64,000 nucleotides of DNA, from contig NC_043006.1 in the NCBI RefSeq assembly GCF_006345805.1, positions 65,162,001 to 65,226,000 of the forward strand. The letters run 5' to 3'. This document shows positions 14,219 to 26,457 of this stretch, one piece after another; positions within the stretch are counted from its first letter, which is position 1, and each line of letters begins with the position of its first letter. Under the pieces are notes generated by a model. The model saw only the letters and a program-made list of their open reading frames with translations, had not been told where the DNA came from and made no database searches. The DNA is from Octopus sinensis (lineage: Eukaryota). The position numbers and the translations under genes are program-made.

Positions 14219-15682
14219 TCATCGTTTAACGTCCATTTTCCATGCTGGTGTGGGTTGGACAGTTCAACTGGGGTCTGGGAAGCCAGGAGGCTGCACCAGG
14301 ACCTAATCTGATCTGGCAGTGTTTCTACAGCTGGATGCCCTTCCTAACACCAATCACTCCAAGAGTGTAGTGGGTGCTTTTTATGTGCCACCAGCACAGG
14401 GGCCAGAGGAGCTGGTATCGACCACAATCAGATGGTGCTTTTTACGTGCTACTGGCACAGGGCTCACAACTACAATTTCCATTTGATTTGATTTTGATAT
14501 TGCTGTTGATGTTAATGTACTTGACTCAATAGGTCTTCTCAAGCATGGCATTACGACCTTGATTCAAGGTACTTTTGAGTGGGCTGGTTATGCAACACTG
14601 GTGTAGGTTACAGCTGTGGACTCTATAAATATATATATATATATAACACCAGTATGGAAGATGGATATTATAAAAAGATCTTTATATAAACTGAGAATGT
14701 AAGGAATAGTAAAGGTAAAAACTACAAATGTTTCATACCTAAAACAATGTTTGTTACATGACTTGTAACACACATAAAACCTGCTTAGTTAATCTTCAGG
14801 TCATATTAAGTCAAGCAACAATGCTTTAGCTATGAAACATGTGTAGTTCTTATTTATTTCTCCCATTCGTTAAACTGTTGGATTTTCATTTGCTTTTTTA
14901 GCAATTTTACTTGCTAAACTCTGAGTTGTATGGTTACTGTCAGCTCATCGAAATTTCCATTGATTTCAAAATGAGGCAAAGTGTGTAACTTACAAAGGTT
15001 AACAAATACTTTTTCTCATATACTGCCCACCTTTTTTCATCTATACTAGCAGCAGACAGGCTTGAAGCTCACCATCTTCCTTCACCAGGATCTTTGAATC
15101 ATACTAACCTATTAATATATATGTACATAAATATACATATATATGTGCATAAATATATGTGTGTGTGTGTGTATATATACGTGTATGTATGTGTGTGTAC
15201 GTGTGTATATATATATATATAATTCATAGGAAGTATTTCCTTATGGCTTGTACATATAAGTAGGTAGTATATATAGTACATATATATGCGTAGTAATTTC
15301 TTATGGCTCGTACAAGTTTTCAGCCTTTCCCATATTTTTCATTCTTGAACCACAAATTGCTAACTTTTTGTTTCGCAAAGGGAAAAAAAATTGAACTGAT
15401 ATTATTCACTGAATTAATTTATTTCTTATATAATAGAGTTAATGTCAAATAAAAATTCACTTTTATATTACTCACAATAATTGGGCAACGTTAAGACAAA
15501 GAGATACAAAAACAAGCTTCTCTCAATTTCAATGTATGAAATCTATTCACAAAGCTTTATTAAGCCTGCAACTACTGCAGAAAACAATTGCCCATTCTGT
15601 CGCACGGGGAGATCGAGCCCAAAACCACATGGCTGAGAAGCAAACTTTTAACCATACAGCCACACATATAAAAAATATATAT

Positions 15683-15726
<44 letters not shown>

Positions 15727-16801
15727 CGCATAAATATACATACATTTTTTCTGTATATCTGCATATATATTTATATAAATATATATAATATATACACATT
15801 TATATAACATGCACTTATTATTTTATTTATATATATATATATATAAGCACATACAAATATATGTATATATAATTTTCAACCTTTTTCATTCGACAGTACG
15901 ATTATTAAAGGCGCTAATTGCGTTACGACATAGCAGCAATTTTTTTAAAGTTTCATTATATAACCAAGTATTAATATTGTTTTAAGAAACTGGCGCTGAC
16001 ATTAGACTTTGCAGCAAAGAAACATATACACACCAGTAAAGTGCATTAAGAACACTTCTATTTTCTCAATATCCTAGTAATTTACTCGCTTTATTAAAAA
16101 TACGCGGCGCGCGGTGATTAAAAAAAAAACACCACTTAAACACACATACAATTACACTTACATTCAAATACAGGGAGACATATATTCGTACTCATACACA
16201 ACACATTTATTTATGCATAAAAAGGAAAAACTAAGAGGACTGTGTTGAGTGATAATTAAGTAATTAACTTATTTCGTTTGTGTTTTGCTAATAATTTTAA
16301 AGCTTTTCAACATTTGACTATAATAATAATGATGATGATGAGCGTGAAATACATATATTGGAGATGGTTGAAGTTAACATATAATATATATGTATGCCTG
16401 TATACGTGTGTGTACTTCTTCAAGAACTAGGCTAAAAACGCATTAAGCTTATTTTGTGGAACGTATGTGTGTATGCACACAGTTAAATATAGTCGATAGT
16501 ATTTGTTAGTATAGATAGTGAGTTAAAAGTTAGATGTTATCAGTAATGTTTGAGACGAAAAACAAAACCGGTATCACTTACAAATGGAGATTAGAGAGAG
16601 AGAGAGAGACAAGGGGAAAAGAAAACCCAGTGGTTTATGTGTGTTATCAAATAATACAGTGCAACTGTTTTGAAATGTTTCAGTAAATAGATGTAGATAT
16701 AATGTAACGACTTGTTTAAAATGTATTTTACTGTGGTGTTTGTGAGAAAGAAGGGGAGGAAAAGAGAAATTTAATAAATAAAAATAGTTAATTAATCTTA
16801 C

Positions 16802-17829
16802 CTTGGAGGTGTATCTTCCCTCCTGGCTCGATGTGGTGGACTAGGTGTTCGAGATCTGTACCGTTTCCGAGCAGGAGAGATGGGGCTATTACCCCTTTGG
16901 TTCCGATAACCGAAAGACTGTGTTCTGTCGTTGTAAGCCCTCGGCGGATCCGGGTAAGCCCTTGGAGTGTCTGTGTAAGCCCTAGGGGCATCCGTATAAC
17001 CACGATTTTCATCGTAAGCCCTCGGAGGAGGTTCCGGAGAGAAAGTTCGACTGTGGTTTCCTTTTCTGTTACGGCTCCGTCGTCGGCTAGAAGACTGGGC
17101 CCCGATAGTATGATCGCGAGTTTCACTGCGATAATGATATTGGGGACTTCGAGTGTAGCCTGCTTCGGGCCTTACTGGAGACTGGATTTCCGCATAAGCC
17201 CTAGGCGTTTCAATGTATGCTTGCCGGGACACTTCAGCATAGGCCTTCGGAATTTCGCAGTACCTCCTCGGCGAAGAAATTGTTTCCACATAGGAAGTTC
17301 TGTCGTGTCGGTCCAGGCGGTCACGATCAGTTGACCGTGACTGGGGTAGCGGTGGAGGTGCTTGGTGGAGCTGTGGATGTGATTCTGTCGGCGAGTAGCG
17401 ACGGCTCTTTTTGCTCTTCTTGCGGTTTTGTGGATGATAAGGGGTTGGACTTCTACTTCGGCTCCTTCTACTATCCAGCATTGCAGGCGAGTTGCTGTGA
17501 CTTCTCTCAGTCAAGTACATCTTGATAGCTGTCGCCGGAGATTGTCCCCGCTTGTCTCGTTCCCGGTTTGACGCAACCCTGCTGCTCGGGTGACCAGAAG
17601 CCGGCCCACAATCAATGGGCGACTCTAGGTTGGAATCCGAAGACAATTCATCATAGTCTACTAATGGTTTAGTCGACGAACTAGATTTTTCTCTTTCACG
17701 TATCCGCTTTTTTTTCGATTTGTGTTTTTGTTTCTTGTGCTTCTTTAAACTTGATGGCACCAAATGGGCGTAGGCCCGTGCATCAAACTCATCAAACACG
17801 AGGCCTCTGTGGCTTCGTGTGCCAGGCAT
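16802..17829 (-). CDS. CDK12: Cyclin-dependent kinase 12/13 (Pol II CTD kinase), first coding exon, RS/SP-rich N-terminus
   Basis: ATG at 17829. The basic KKHKKQKHKSKKK stretch followed by KPLVDYDELSSDS matches human CDK12 KHKRHKSKH..KPLVEYDDISSDS, and RS/SP dipeptides follow. The exon ends at a strong AAG|GTAAG donor (GT at 16801-16800), 1028 nt, phase 2. The kinase domain is not in the window. Confidence 0.85.
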
Positions 17830-18400
17830 CGTCCACTACAAACCACACTGTGGCTGTTTCTATTGTTGGTTTAAGCCGAACTTGTTGCACATGACGCTGT
17901 CGCAAGATGGCTCGATAGCCCTGTTTAAAAAAATACCTCAATTAAACCGTCTGTTTGTTTAAGAATGAAAGTTATTCCTGAATGTAAGCAAATGAAATAA
18001 GGATAATGGTTAAAAAATATAATAAAGGAAGCTGTTTTATACTATTTAAATATAATAATTGAGGGAACTGTTATAATTTCATAAGGAAGAGAAAGCACAA
18101 CAACGGGGGGGAATGATCTCATTAAATTTTCACCGGTATTGAGATAACCACACCGTATTTACTAAAAATATCTTTGTCATCAGATTTAGTAATCCATATT
18201 CTAACAAAAACATAAGCTGATGACTAAAATAAAAGCATATCTATTAGAATTTTATCCGATTATGTTTTCTATAGTTAACACTATATACATTAGTCGCCAT
18301 TTTACTTTGATTCTTCTACAACTCTAGAACGCAATGGATTCTGGGAAAGACCTCACAAAACAATGACGTATTGCACATATTGAAATTATATTCTTTTCAG
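17830..18400. promoter_or_regulatory. Putative shared (bidirectional) promoter region of CDK12 and INPP1
   Basis: Lies in a TE-free, CpG-retaining zone (about 15900-19900). YY1-like CAAGATGGC on + (17903-17911) and AAAATGGCGAC on - (18303-18293); ZNF143/SBS-like GATTCTGGGAA near 18337; TGACGT near 18364; candidate + donor AAT|GTAAGC at 17984. Confidence 0.5.
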
Positions 18401-20129
18401 TTGGAATTCTATCTTAGTTCTTTTCAAGGCATTTACAAATTACTTGTTGGGAAAAAAAAAAGAAAACAGGTTTGAACCGTTATTTTTTTTTTTTATGTGC
18501 AATAAGAACGTAATAAATGTCTTTTTCTTAAAACCGTATTACAGTACAACATTATGCACTGATAGAATAGTAAAGCGATATTTTTTTGTTTTGTTTTTGT
18601 TGAAATTGCCATATAAGATAGAACTTGAGATTTTGTCCGCAAACGTCAACAAGCTTAATAAACCGAGTTCACTTCCGAATGATTGCGAAAACTTTCATAT
18701 AATTACTGGTTTAATATACTTTTCTTTTTTTTTTAATAGTAATATCTCTTTCGCGATGAAGTTGTCGTTAATTTCTTTGAAAACATACTTTATTATTTAG
18801 AAAGTGGACTTCGTTCTCTAAGCTTGTTCAGATTAACATTTTGACAGGTGCCTAAACCAATATAATACTTCCTCTGGGAAAATTTTAAAATAATGACTTT
18901 CTTCGTTATTCGAATATAAATCTATTATCATGTCATTTGAGATTTGATATCGTAAATTTAAAAACTAAAACACTATGTATTCAATAAGTGTTTTTGTATT
19001 GCTCACAGATACTATATAAAAATATTTATATATTGTCTGTGCTTACACATGCATATACGTATATAACGAAACTAATCAAAATAGGTTTTGTATTTCTATA
19101 TCGAAGGATCAGAATGTGTGAGATTCATATTTCTAGCGCGCGGGCGCTCATGCATTTTTATACATACTTACTACCCCAGATACACCACAAACAATCAAAA
19201 GCTGAAGCACCGCGCGAACATCCACACACATACAGCGGATATAACCGACTTTCCATACATTGCGCTATGTATATGTAATGTGTGTGTGTTCCGCGAAACC
19301 TATACACACACAATCGAGAGGTAAAACACTTCTGTCTCCAGTGATATGCATTAATTGCAGATGTAGAAAGAAATTAGATTTATAGACAGTTGCTATTATT
19401 TTACGACCAAATACATTATAAAAGTGGTGCAAATATTACCTCCAAAAGAATAATAGATTGATAGTAAATTAGCTTTAACGAAATCGTTATGATATATACC
19501 TATAGTTATTATGTAGTATTAAGGTCATTCTGTGTTTATTTAAGCCATGCCGTGAAATATGTAATAATGCACAATGTTTAGTGTGTACAGTTTGGAAAAG
19601 ACAGCTGACATACCCCTCGATACATGGGTGTATGTGTAGTACTTTTCTTTCCGGCTTATTTATTAGGGTGTATGAACCGAAATTGTGAAAAAGTGAAACT
19701 TTAAAAGCCGGAGTATTTGGAAAGACTGCACACTCGCATATATGTGTGTGTGTGTATACATGCAGATACACATACTACGACGAAACTGATTATATCGATA
19801 ACTTTAGCCACTACCCAACTGTAATTAGAAATTTAGTCACAGAGCCTAACAGCTGATTTTTCAATCTTAGGTAGAGAGATCTTCGACACGGCCACACCCC
19901 ATTATAATGTGTTACTGTCGGGAGGCAGCTTTAATAAGTATATATAGAGGTTCTCCCACCCACCTCCATTCAATCTAGATGTTTCCATTAATGTAGCTTG
20001 GAGCTTCCTGATACTTATTCGACTACATATCTCAAGAAACCAGTAATATCAAACTCTAATTACCATAACGTCAAAGTTAGCCATACATGCTTAGATAATA
20101 TCACTTATAACATTGCACTCACACACTCT

Positions 20130-20560
20130 TCACCCCACACTCCAATGTGAAACTACCTAAAATTTCATTTACTGCACACTGAGAAGTGCCCCTCAGAGGG
20201 CATGACATATAGAGCAACCTTCATGTCATCCATCCAAAGGCATCACAGGTCATTACATGAGTATAACAGTCAATGTTTTCAATGGAAGATTTATGCATCA
20301 CATGCACTCTTTTAGTTGTAGGGAAAGGAGAAAACTTCACCTCCTTGACCACTTCTTCTGGAGATTCTAGTATCAAAGAAACGACTTCCCCAACATCACA
20401 TAGAGCATCCTTGACAGGGCCTCTCCTTTATCACATGGATTTTGTATTTGCCAACTCTACTTCCATGAGAAACTATATGTACACCAGCATATCCACTGTA
20501 TCTATCAGTTTGAAAAGCAATATATCCTATTGTCACCAGAAATACACTCCATTATTGAAC
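20130..20560 (+). mobile_element. Penelope-type GIY-YIG endonuclease remnant
   Basis: Frameshifted YMSITVNVFNGRFMHHMHSFS..SILDRASP..CICQLYFHEKL resembles the PLE YIG..F..R..NH..SF..WSIL.RA.PY..C.LC..EK pattern. Confidence 0.5.
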
Positions 20561-20989
20561 GTCAAGCTATGAGACACTAATAACTCAGAAATAACACCCT
20601 AGGCCTAACTAGCTCACACATAGTTGCAAGATGATACAATCCCTGCCATCCATAATAGAATTATTGCCTATTCTGCCCATCGTAACTATGGCCTACAATG
20701 GCTTGTCACACAATTTGATATGTAACCTAACGCTATTATCTCTCCACATAACTGTTGTTACTGTAGTATCATATCTTCAAAATGTCAACTTACTGGTGCC
20801 AGTATCCTGTCTGACTACCACATGGAACTTAATGAAAAAAGTATTGTCACTAACTGAAGCACCCATGTAATCTGAATTGACCAATGGAAGACTAAATATT
20901 CCCACCCAGAAGCCATTTTAAAATTTCTTAAGTTTTCTCTACTCTAACTGTATATCTGATGATGTAGATATGTTCATGTCCACAGAACT

Positions 20990-22640
20990 TTAATGATAAA
21001 GGAATCAAATTGATGGACCAGATCATGAAAGTTAAAAAGAGAGTTACAGCCCAATTAATTAAGAACAGCAGTAGACTAGATGTGATGCAGTTTGGTTTTG
21101 TGAGCAGGAGAAGTATTTAGCTAAGAGCAAATCTTTGTACTTGGCGTTCATTGACCTGAAAAAAGCCTTCAACAAAGTCTCACAACTCTGTGATGTGGTA
21201 GTTTCTGTGAAAGCTGGTGATGGAAGAATGGCTTGTGAAAACCATACAAACTATGTACAGGGTTGTTGTCAGTAAGGTGGAAATTGAGTATGAGTGAGGA
21301 GACCCCATGGGATTGCACCTAGAAAGTTACCCTGCGAGGCACAAGTCTGGGCAAGGTTGTTTATAGAAGACTAGCAGTTGCCCATGCATACCAGCCTCCC
21401 CTTTCCACACCACTGATGTTATCCAAGGGAAAGGCAAAGGGGCCGATACAGCTTGGCACCTGTGATGTCGCAACTCATTTCTACAGCTGAGTGAACTGGA
21501 GCAACATGAAATAAAGTGTCTTGCTCAAGAACACAACATGCAACCCAGTCCAGGAATCAAACTCACAACCTCACGATTGTAAGCTTGACACTCTAACCAC
21601 TGAGCCATGAGTACAACGACTAATTTAAGGTAAATGTAGGAGTTCACTTGGGATCATTTCTCAGTCCCCTCCTATTCATCACTGTCCTCCAGAGCTGTAA
21701 CAGAGGAATGTAAGAGTGGCTGCCCTCGAGAACTACCATATGCTGGTTATCTCATTCTCAAAACAAAATCTGTAATAGGATTAGAAAAGACATTCCAGGT
21801 GTGGAAGCAAAACTAGAATGAAAGGGTCTTAAAGTCAACTTAGCTAAGACCAGAGTTCTAGTAAGCAAGAAAGCAGACAGAACTCTACTTCCTTCAGGTA
21901 AACAGCCCAGCTCAATATGTAGGAAAGGTATAGGCAGGAATACCATATGGTGTACCCAGTGTAAGCAATGGATGCACAAGAAGTGCAGTAATATAACAAG
22001 AAAGTTAACAGAGAAAGTAGTGTTTGTTTGTGGAAGATGTGCAGGAACAATAAGCACTAATGACACATAAGAAATAGATTTTCTCAATTGAACTTGAGGC
22101 CACCTAACAGTCATAGACGGTTTTTGTTACATAGGTGACCTAACTGACTGTGGAGGAGGATGTTCTGAAAGTATAGTTGCCAGAATAAAAATAAGATGGA
22201 GAAATTACAGATAGATACTACTGCTGTTGGATGCAAAATATCTCTCTCTCTCAGAGTAAAAGGCAGATTGTATGATACTTATGTATGAACAGCAATGCTC
22301 CATTGCAGTGAGACGCTTTACCCCGAATGTAGTGGACATGCAAAGACTAAAAGCAAATGCAGGCTGTATGCTTCATTGGATGTGCAATGTCAGTGTGCAT
22401 TGTGACGGTGCTAATGTATTCAGAAAAATAAGGCAGAAGAGGAATCAGATGTGTGCAAGAGGTTAGACTGTGCTGGTATGGTTATGCGATGCGTATGAAT
22501 GAGAACAGCTGCATAAAGTTACTTAAGGTGGATGGATAATGAAGAAGAAGGAGTCCCAAGAAGACCTATGATGAACTAGTGAAGGTTGATGTCCAGATAC
22601 TGAGTCTTACAGAAGAGTTGACTTAGGACTGAATTGATTT
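20990..22640 (+). mobile_element. Decayed RTE LINE (RT, PHD-like finger, C-terminus) interrupted by a SINE
   Basis: LDVMQFGFV, AFIDLKKAFNKV, VGVHLGSFLSPLLFI and CTQCKQWMHKKCS are colinear with 40530-46100. Confidence 0.85.
21296..21606 (-). mobile_element. tRNA-derived SINE inserted in the RTE
   Basis: Head TGGCTCAGTGGTTAG..GAGTTTGATTCC (A/B boxes); flanked by ATGAGT direct repeats at 21290-21295 and 21607-21612. Confidence 0.75.
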
Positions 22641-23045
22641 GCTGTGCTCAAAGACTCTTCTATCACAGATAGGAGGTCCTAAATATATTTTGATTATGCT
22701 TGTATATGCTGGGCCCTGCTCCTCCACTCATTCTACTCTGTCAAACTTTCCCCACATCTCATTTCCCAAATCTCCTCATATGGTGGTGCTACTACTACTT
22801 GTGGAGGCATGTGGCTTAGTGGTTGCACTCATGATCATAAGATTGTAGTTTCAATTCCTGCACTGGGTGGTGCATTGTGTTGTTAAGCAAAACACTTCAT
22901 TTCACATTGCTCCAGTCCACTCAGCTGGCAAAAATGAGTAATCCTGTAACAGACTGGCATCCCATCCAGGGGTGGTGGGGTATATACATCATTGAAACCA
23001 GGAAACTGACCTTATGAGTCTACATGACTTGGGAAAGATCTACAG

Positions 23046-23396
23046 TAGTGGTTCCCAAAGTGGGCAGCATTGTCCCCCCACCCCTGGTGGGATGGAAAGT
23101 TCCAAGGGGGTATTGAAGAAAAGTGGGGTGATAATGGGGTAGCGATTCATGTAAAAAGTGGAGCAATAATGGGGTAATGATTCTTGTAAAAAGTGGGGTG
23201 ATCATGGGATAGCAGTTCATGTAAAAATAACAAAATAAAAAAGTTTTATTTGTGAAATACAGTTGCTCTGAATTTGCTTCAGAAAAAAAATCTATGTTTG
23301 TGATGGGGGTGGGGGCGCTAGGAATGTGGGCTGGGTGTCAAAGGGGTGGCCTGGGTGTCAAGGGGGTGGCAGCCTGAAAAAGTTTGGGAACCACTG
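23046..23396. mobile_element. hAT (Charlie-like) MITE
   Basis: TIRs tAGTGGTTCCCAAA / TTTGGGAACCACTG; 8-bp TSD ATCTACAG (23038-23045) / ACCTACAG (23397-23404); internal about 34-bp tandem x3. Confidence 0.85.
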
Positions 23397-25225
23397 ACCT
23401 ACAGCATTACTCAGCTCCAATCACTTGAGCGTAGAACCAGCACATATTACATTGCCCTTATTCATTCTGTTTGTGCTACCAGTTACACCTTTGCCACCCT
23501 CCTCTAACTCTTTCACCCCTTATTCTTATCATCATTTGTTCCCACCCTATTTTCATCAATCACCTTTCTTCTGTGCCTTCAGTTATCTCTCCCTCTTCTC
23601 TGCCATGTTTTTGTCTTATCTGCTCTTGTTCTTGACACCCTCTCATATCTACCATCATACCCCACTCCTTTTAACTACCCTTATGTACCTTTACATCACC
23701 CTCCTCACCACTCCTACACTATCAGCTACTCCTCCTCCACCTTTGTTCATTGCTTAATACATTCTTCTCTCCCTCCATCTCCAACCATGTCACTCTCCCC
23801 TCACACTTTTTTAAAACTCCCCCTGTCCCCACCCTGCAATCCACTGTCTGTTTCCTTTCTTATGCTCACCTGTTTGTCACTTTAGGGTTTGTTCAGGCAC
23901 CCCATCACTACTATCTTTTCTTCTTTTCAGCTACTCCCATCCATAGGTGCAGGCATGGCTGTGTAGCAAGAAGTTTGCTTCCCAACCACATGGTTCTGGG
24001 TTCAGTCCCACTGCATAGCACCTTGGGCAAGTGTCTTCTACTATAGCTTCAGGTCAACCAAAGACCAAAGCCTTGTGAGTGGATTTGGTTGATGGAAACT
24101 GAAAGAAGCCTGTTGTATATATATATATATATATATATGTATGCTTGTGTGTGTGTGTCTGCTTGTGTTTATGGTGTGTTTATGTCCCCATAACTTAACG
24201 ATTCAGCAAAAGAGACTGATAAAATAAGTATCACACTTAAAAAACAATAAGCACTAATGTTGATACATTCAACTAAAAATTCTTCGGGGCACTGCCCCAG
24301 CATGGCCACAGTCTAATACTTGAAACCAGTAAAAGATAAAAAGATCCACCCTTATAAAATGCAGGATAGTCAAGTCATCTTCTCCATATGAAGACCCTTG
24401 TGTCTGTCCATCGTTCATACTTTTGCCTCTCGACACGGCAAATAATCAACCCCTGGCTTCTCTCAAATAATCTCACACTCACACTGTCAAAGGCACTTTT
24501 TCTTTTTCCCTTCTGTCTTGCGAATTACTCATCAACCTCACTAGCACCATTTGCATGGGAAAAGCACTAAATGCATATTGTCAAGCAGTTGGCATTAGGA
24601 AGGATAGTTTCTGTCTACCAAATGCACTTACTCACACCCAAGGTGCTTCACAGTGGAGCTGAACCTGAGACCACGTAGTTGCAAAATGCACTTTTTAGTC
24701 ATATAGCCATACTGCACCTATACAACAGCAAAAGAGAGAGGGGGAGGTAATTGCAGTTGGAATACCTTTAATTAGGGTGAACCTGAATGAGGCTAAACAC
24801 CACGAATGCAATCTAGACATGATCGCCTCACATTCTAGAAATAACAGGTGAGGGGATTTCATAGAAGCAAACTGAAAAAACCCCCATTATATATATACAC
24901 ATGCATATATCTGTGTGTATCTTTGTCACCCACCACCACTTGACATCCTGTGTTGGTGTGTTTGTGTCCCTGTAACTTAGCACTTCAGTAAAAGAGACTG
25001 ATAGAATAAGTACCAGGCTTTGAAAAACTTTTCTGGAGTTGATTCATTTGACTAAAAGTTTTTCAAGGTGGTGCCCCAACATGGCCACGGTCTAACAGAT
25101 AAGAGATTACTGTCATTCAGATTTGACCACTTTTCACCCTAAAGTATTTCCCTATGTCACCAATCTTGGGATGGTTTCCAATATTAGATTTTTCTCATTG
25201 AGATATTTTAAAAAAGGTTAACTAT

Positions 25226-25620
25226 AGGCACAGGAGTGGCTGTGTGATAGGTAGCTTGTTTACCAACCACATGGTTATGGGTTCAGTCCCACTACGTGGC
25301 ACCTTGGGCAAGTGTCTTCTACTATAGTCTCGGGCTGACCAAAGCCTTGTGAGTGGATTTGGTAGACGGAAGCTGAAAGAAGCCCGTCATACATATGTAT
25401 ATATATTTGTGTGTATGTTTGTGTTTCTGTGTTTGTCCCCCCAACATCTCTTGACAACCGATGCTGGTATGTTTATGTCCCCGTGACTTAGCAGTTCGGC
25501 AAAAGGGATGGGTAGAATAAGTACTAGGCTTACAAAGAATAAGTCCTGGGGTCGATTTGCTCAACTAAAGGCGGTGCTCCAGCATGGCTACAGTCAAATG
25601 ACTGAAACAAGTAAAGAAAA
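25226..25620 (+). mobile_element. Abundant tRNA-derived SINE with central (TA/TG)n; other copies about 23945, 36850 and 50713 (+), 30150, 52530 and 58355 (-)
   Basis: Head AGGCACAGGAGTGGCTGTGTG..GGTTCAGTCCCAC, CORE-like GGCACCTTGGGCAAGTGTCTT, central microsatellite, tail CAGCATGGC..CAGTCAAATGACTGAAACAAGTAAA. Confidence 0.8.
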
Positions 25621-26229
25621 GAATACTCAGATGTCCTTTAAAATAACTAAGGTTTGAATATTTAAAACAATGCAGTCATGGCTGTGTGGGGTTAAGAAAC
25701 TTGCTTCCCAACAACATGGTCTTGGGTATTGACAATTAGTGAGAGTAAACAAATGAGAAGTGAAAGAAATTGGAGCTGATGTTGAATATAAGTTATCAAT
25801 GAACAGGAAATGTTGCCTGAATTCTTAAAAAGAGAGTAAACTCTGCTAAAGGTAACCAGGGCAAAATGAGGTGTTAACCAAATTGACAGTTTAAGTCTAC
25901 AAGAATTCGCACTTGGTTTAGCTTACTTAATCATTCACAAATGTCACCTGTTTACAGTAGCATGGTTGCTCTGTGAACTGCACATCAATCCAAGATGAAG
26001 ATAATACAACATTGATTAAAGATTAAAGGTACCAAGCCCTGATTGTTTAAACCAAGCATAAACTCATAACAAAGTAAGGAAGAAATCTATAGGGAACTGC
26101 TGCAAGGTATAGCCTTAGAACCACTACTGTTTATTACAACACTTGCAAACAGCTATACGCACCATCCAGTATTCCTTTAAAAAGGAATGATATATTTGGT
26201 AATGTAGTCCTAGCTACCCTGTGTCTGAA

Positions 26230-26457
26230 TTAACCCTTTGGCAGTTAAACCAGCCATATCTGGCCTAAATATACTACCTGATTTTTGTTCAAACAAACCA
26301 GATTTGGCTTCTTACACCTATCCTACAACATCATGCTAAAAATACACAATCACATCATCAAAATCTCAAAGCTACAAATTAATACACGGTTAATTGAAAA
26401 CAATGTGAATCAATAAGGGTTACATTTGGCAGAGTCATCTGAATGCTGAAGGGTTAA
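26230..26457. mobile_element. piggyBac-like (TTAA) MITE
   Basis: TTAACCCTTTGGCAGT ... AATGCTGAAGGGTTAA imperfect TIRs with TTAA ends. Confidence 0.6.

Noticed and set aside
15072-15110. Possible CDK12 exon 2 (minus-strand G|GTGAGC donor)
   Set aside because: No polypyrimidine acceptor and no CDK12 similarity; no further CDK12 exon was recognised in 1-16800.
16788-17525. Alternative-frame and antisense ORFs over CDK12 exon 1
   Set aside because: By-products of GC-richer coding sequence, without motifs or start context.
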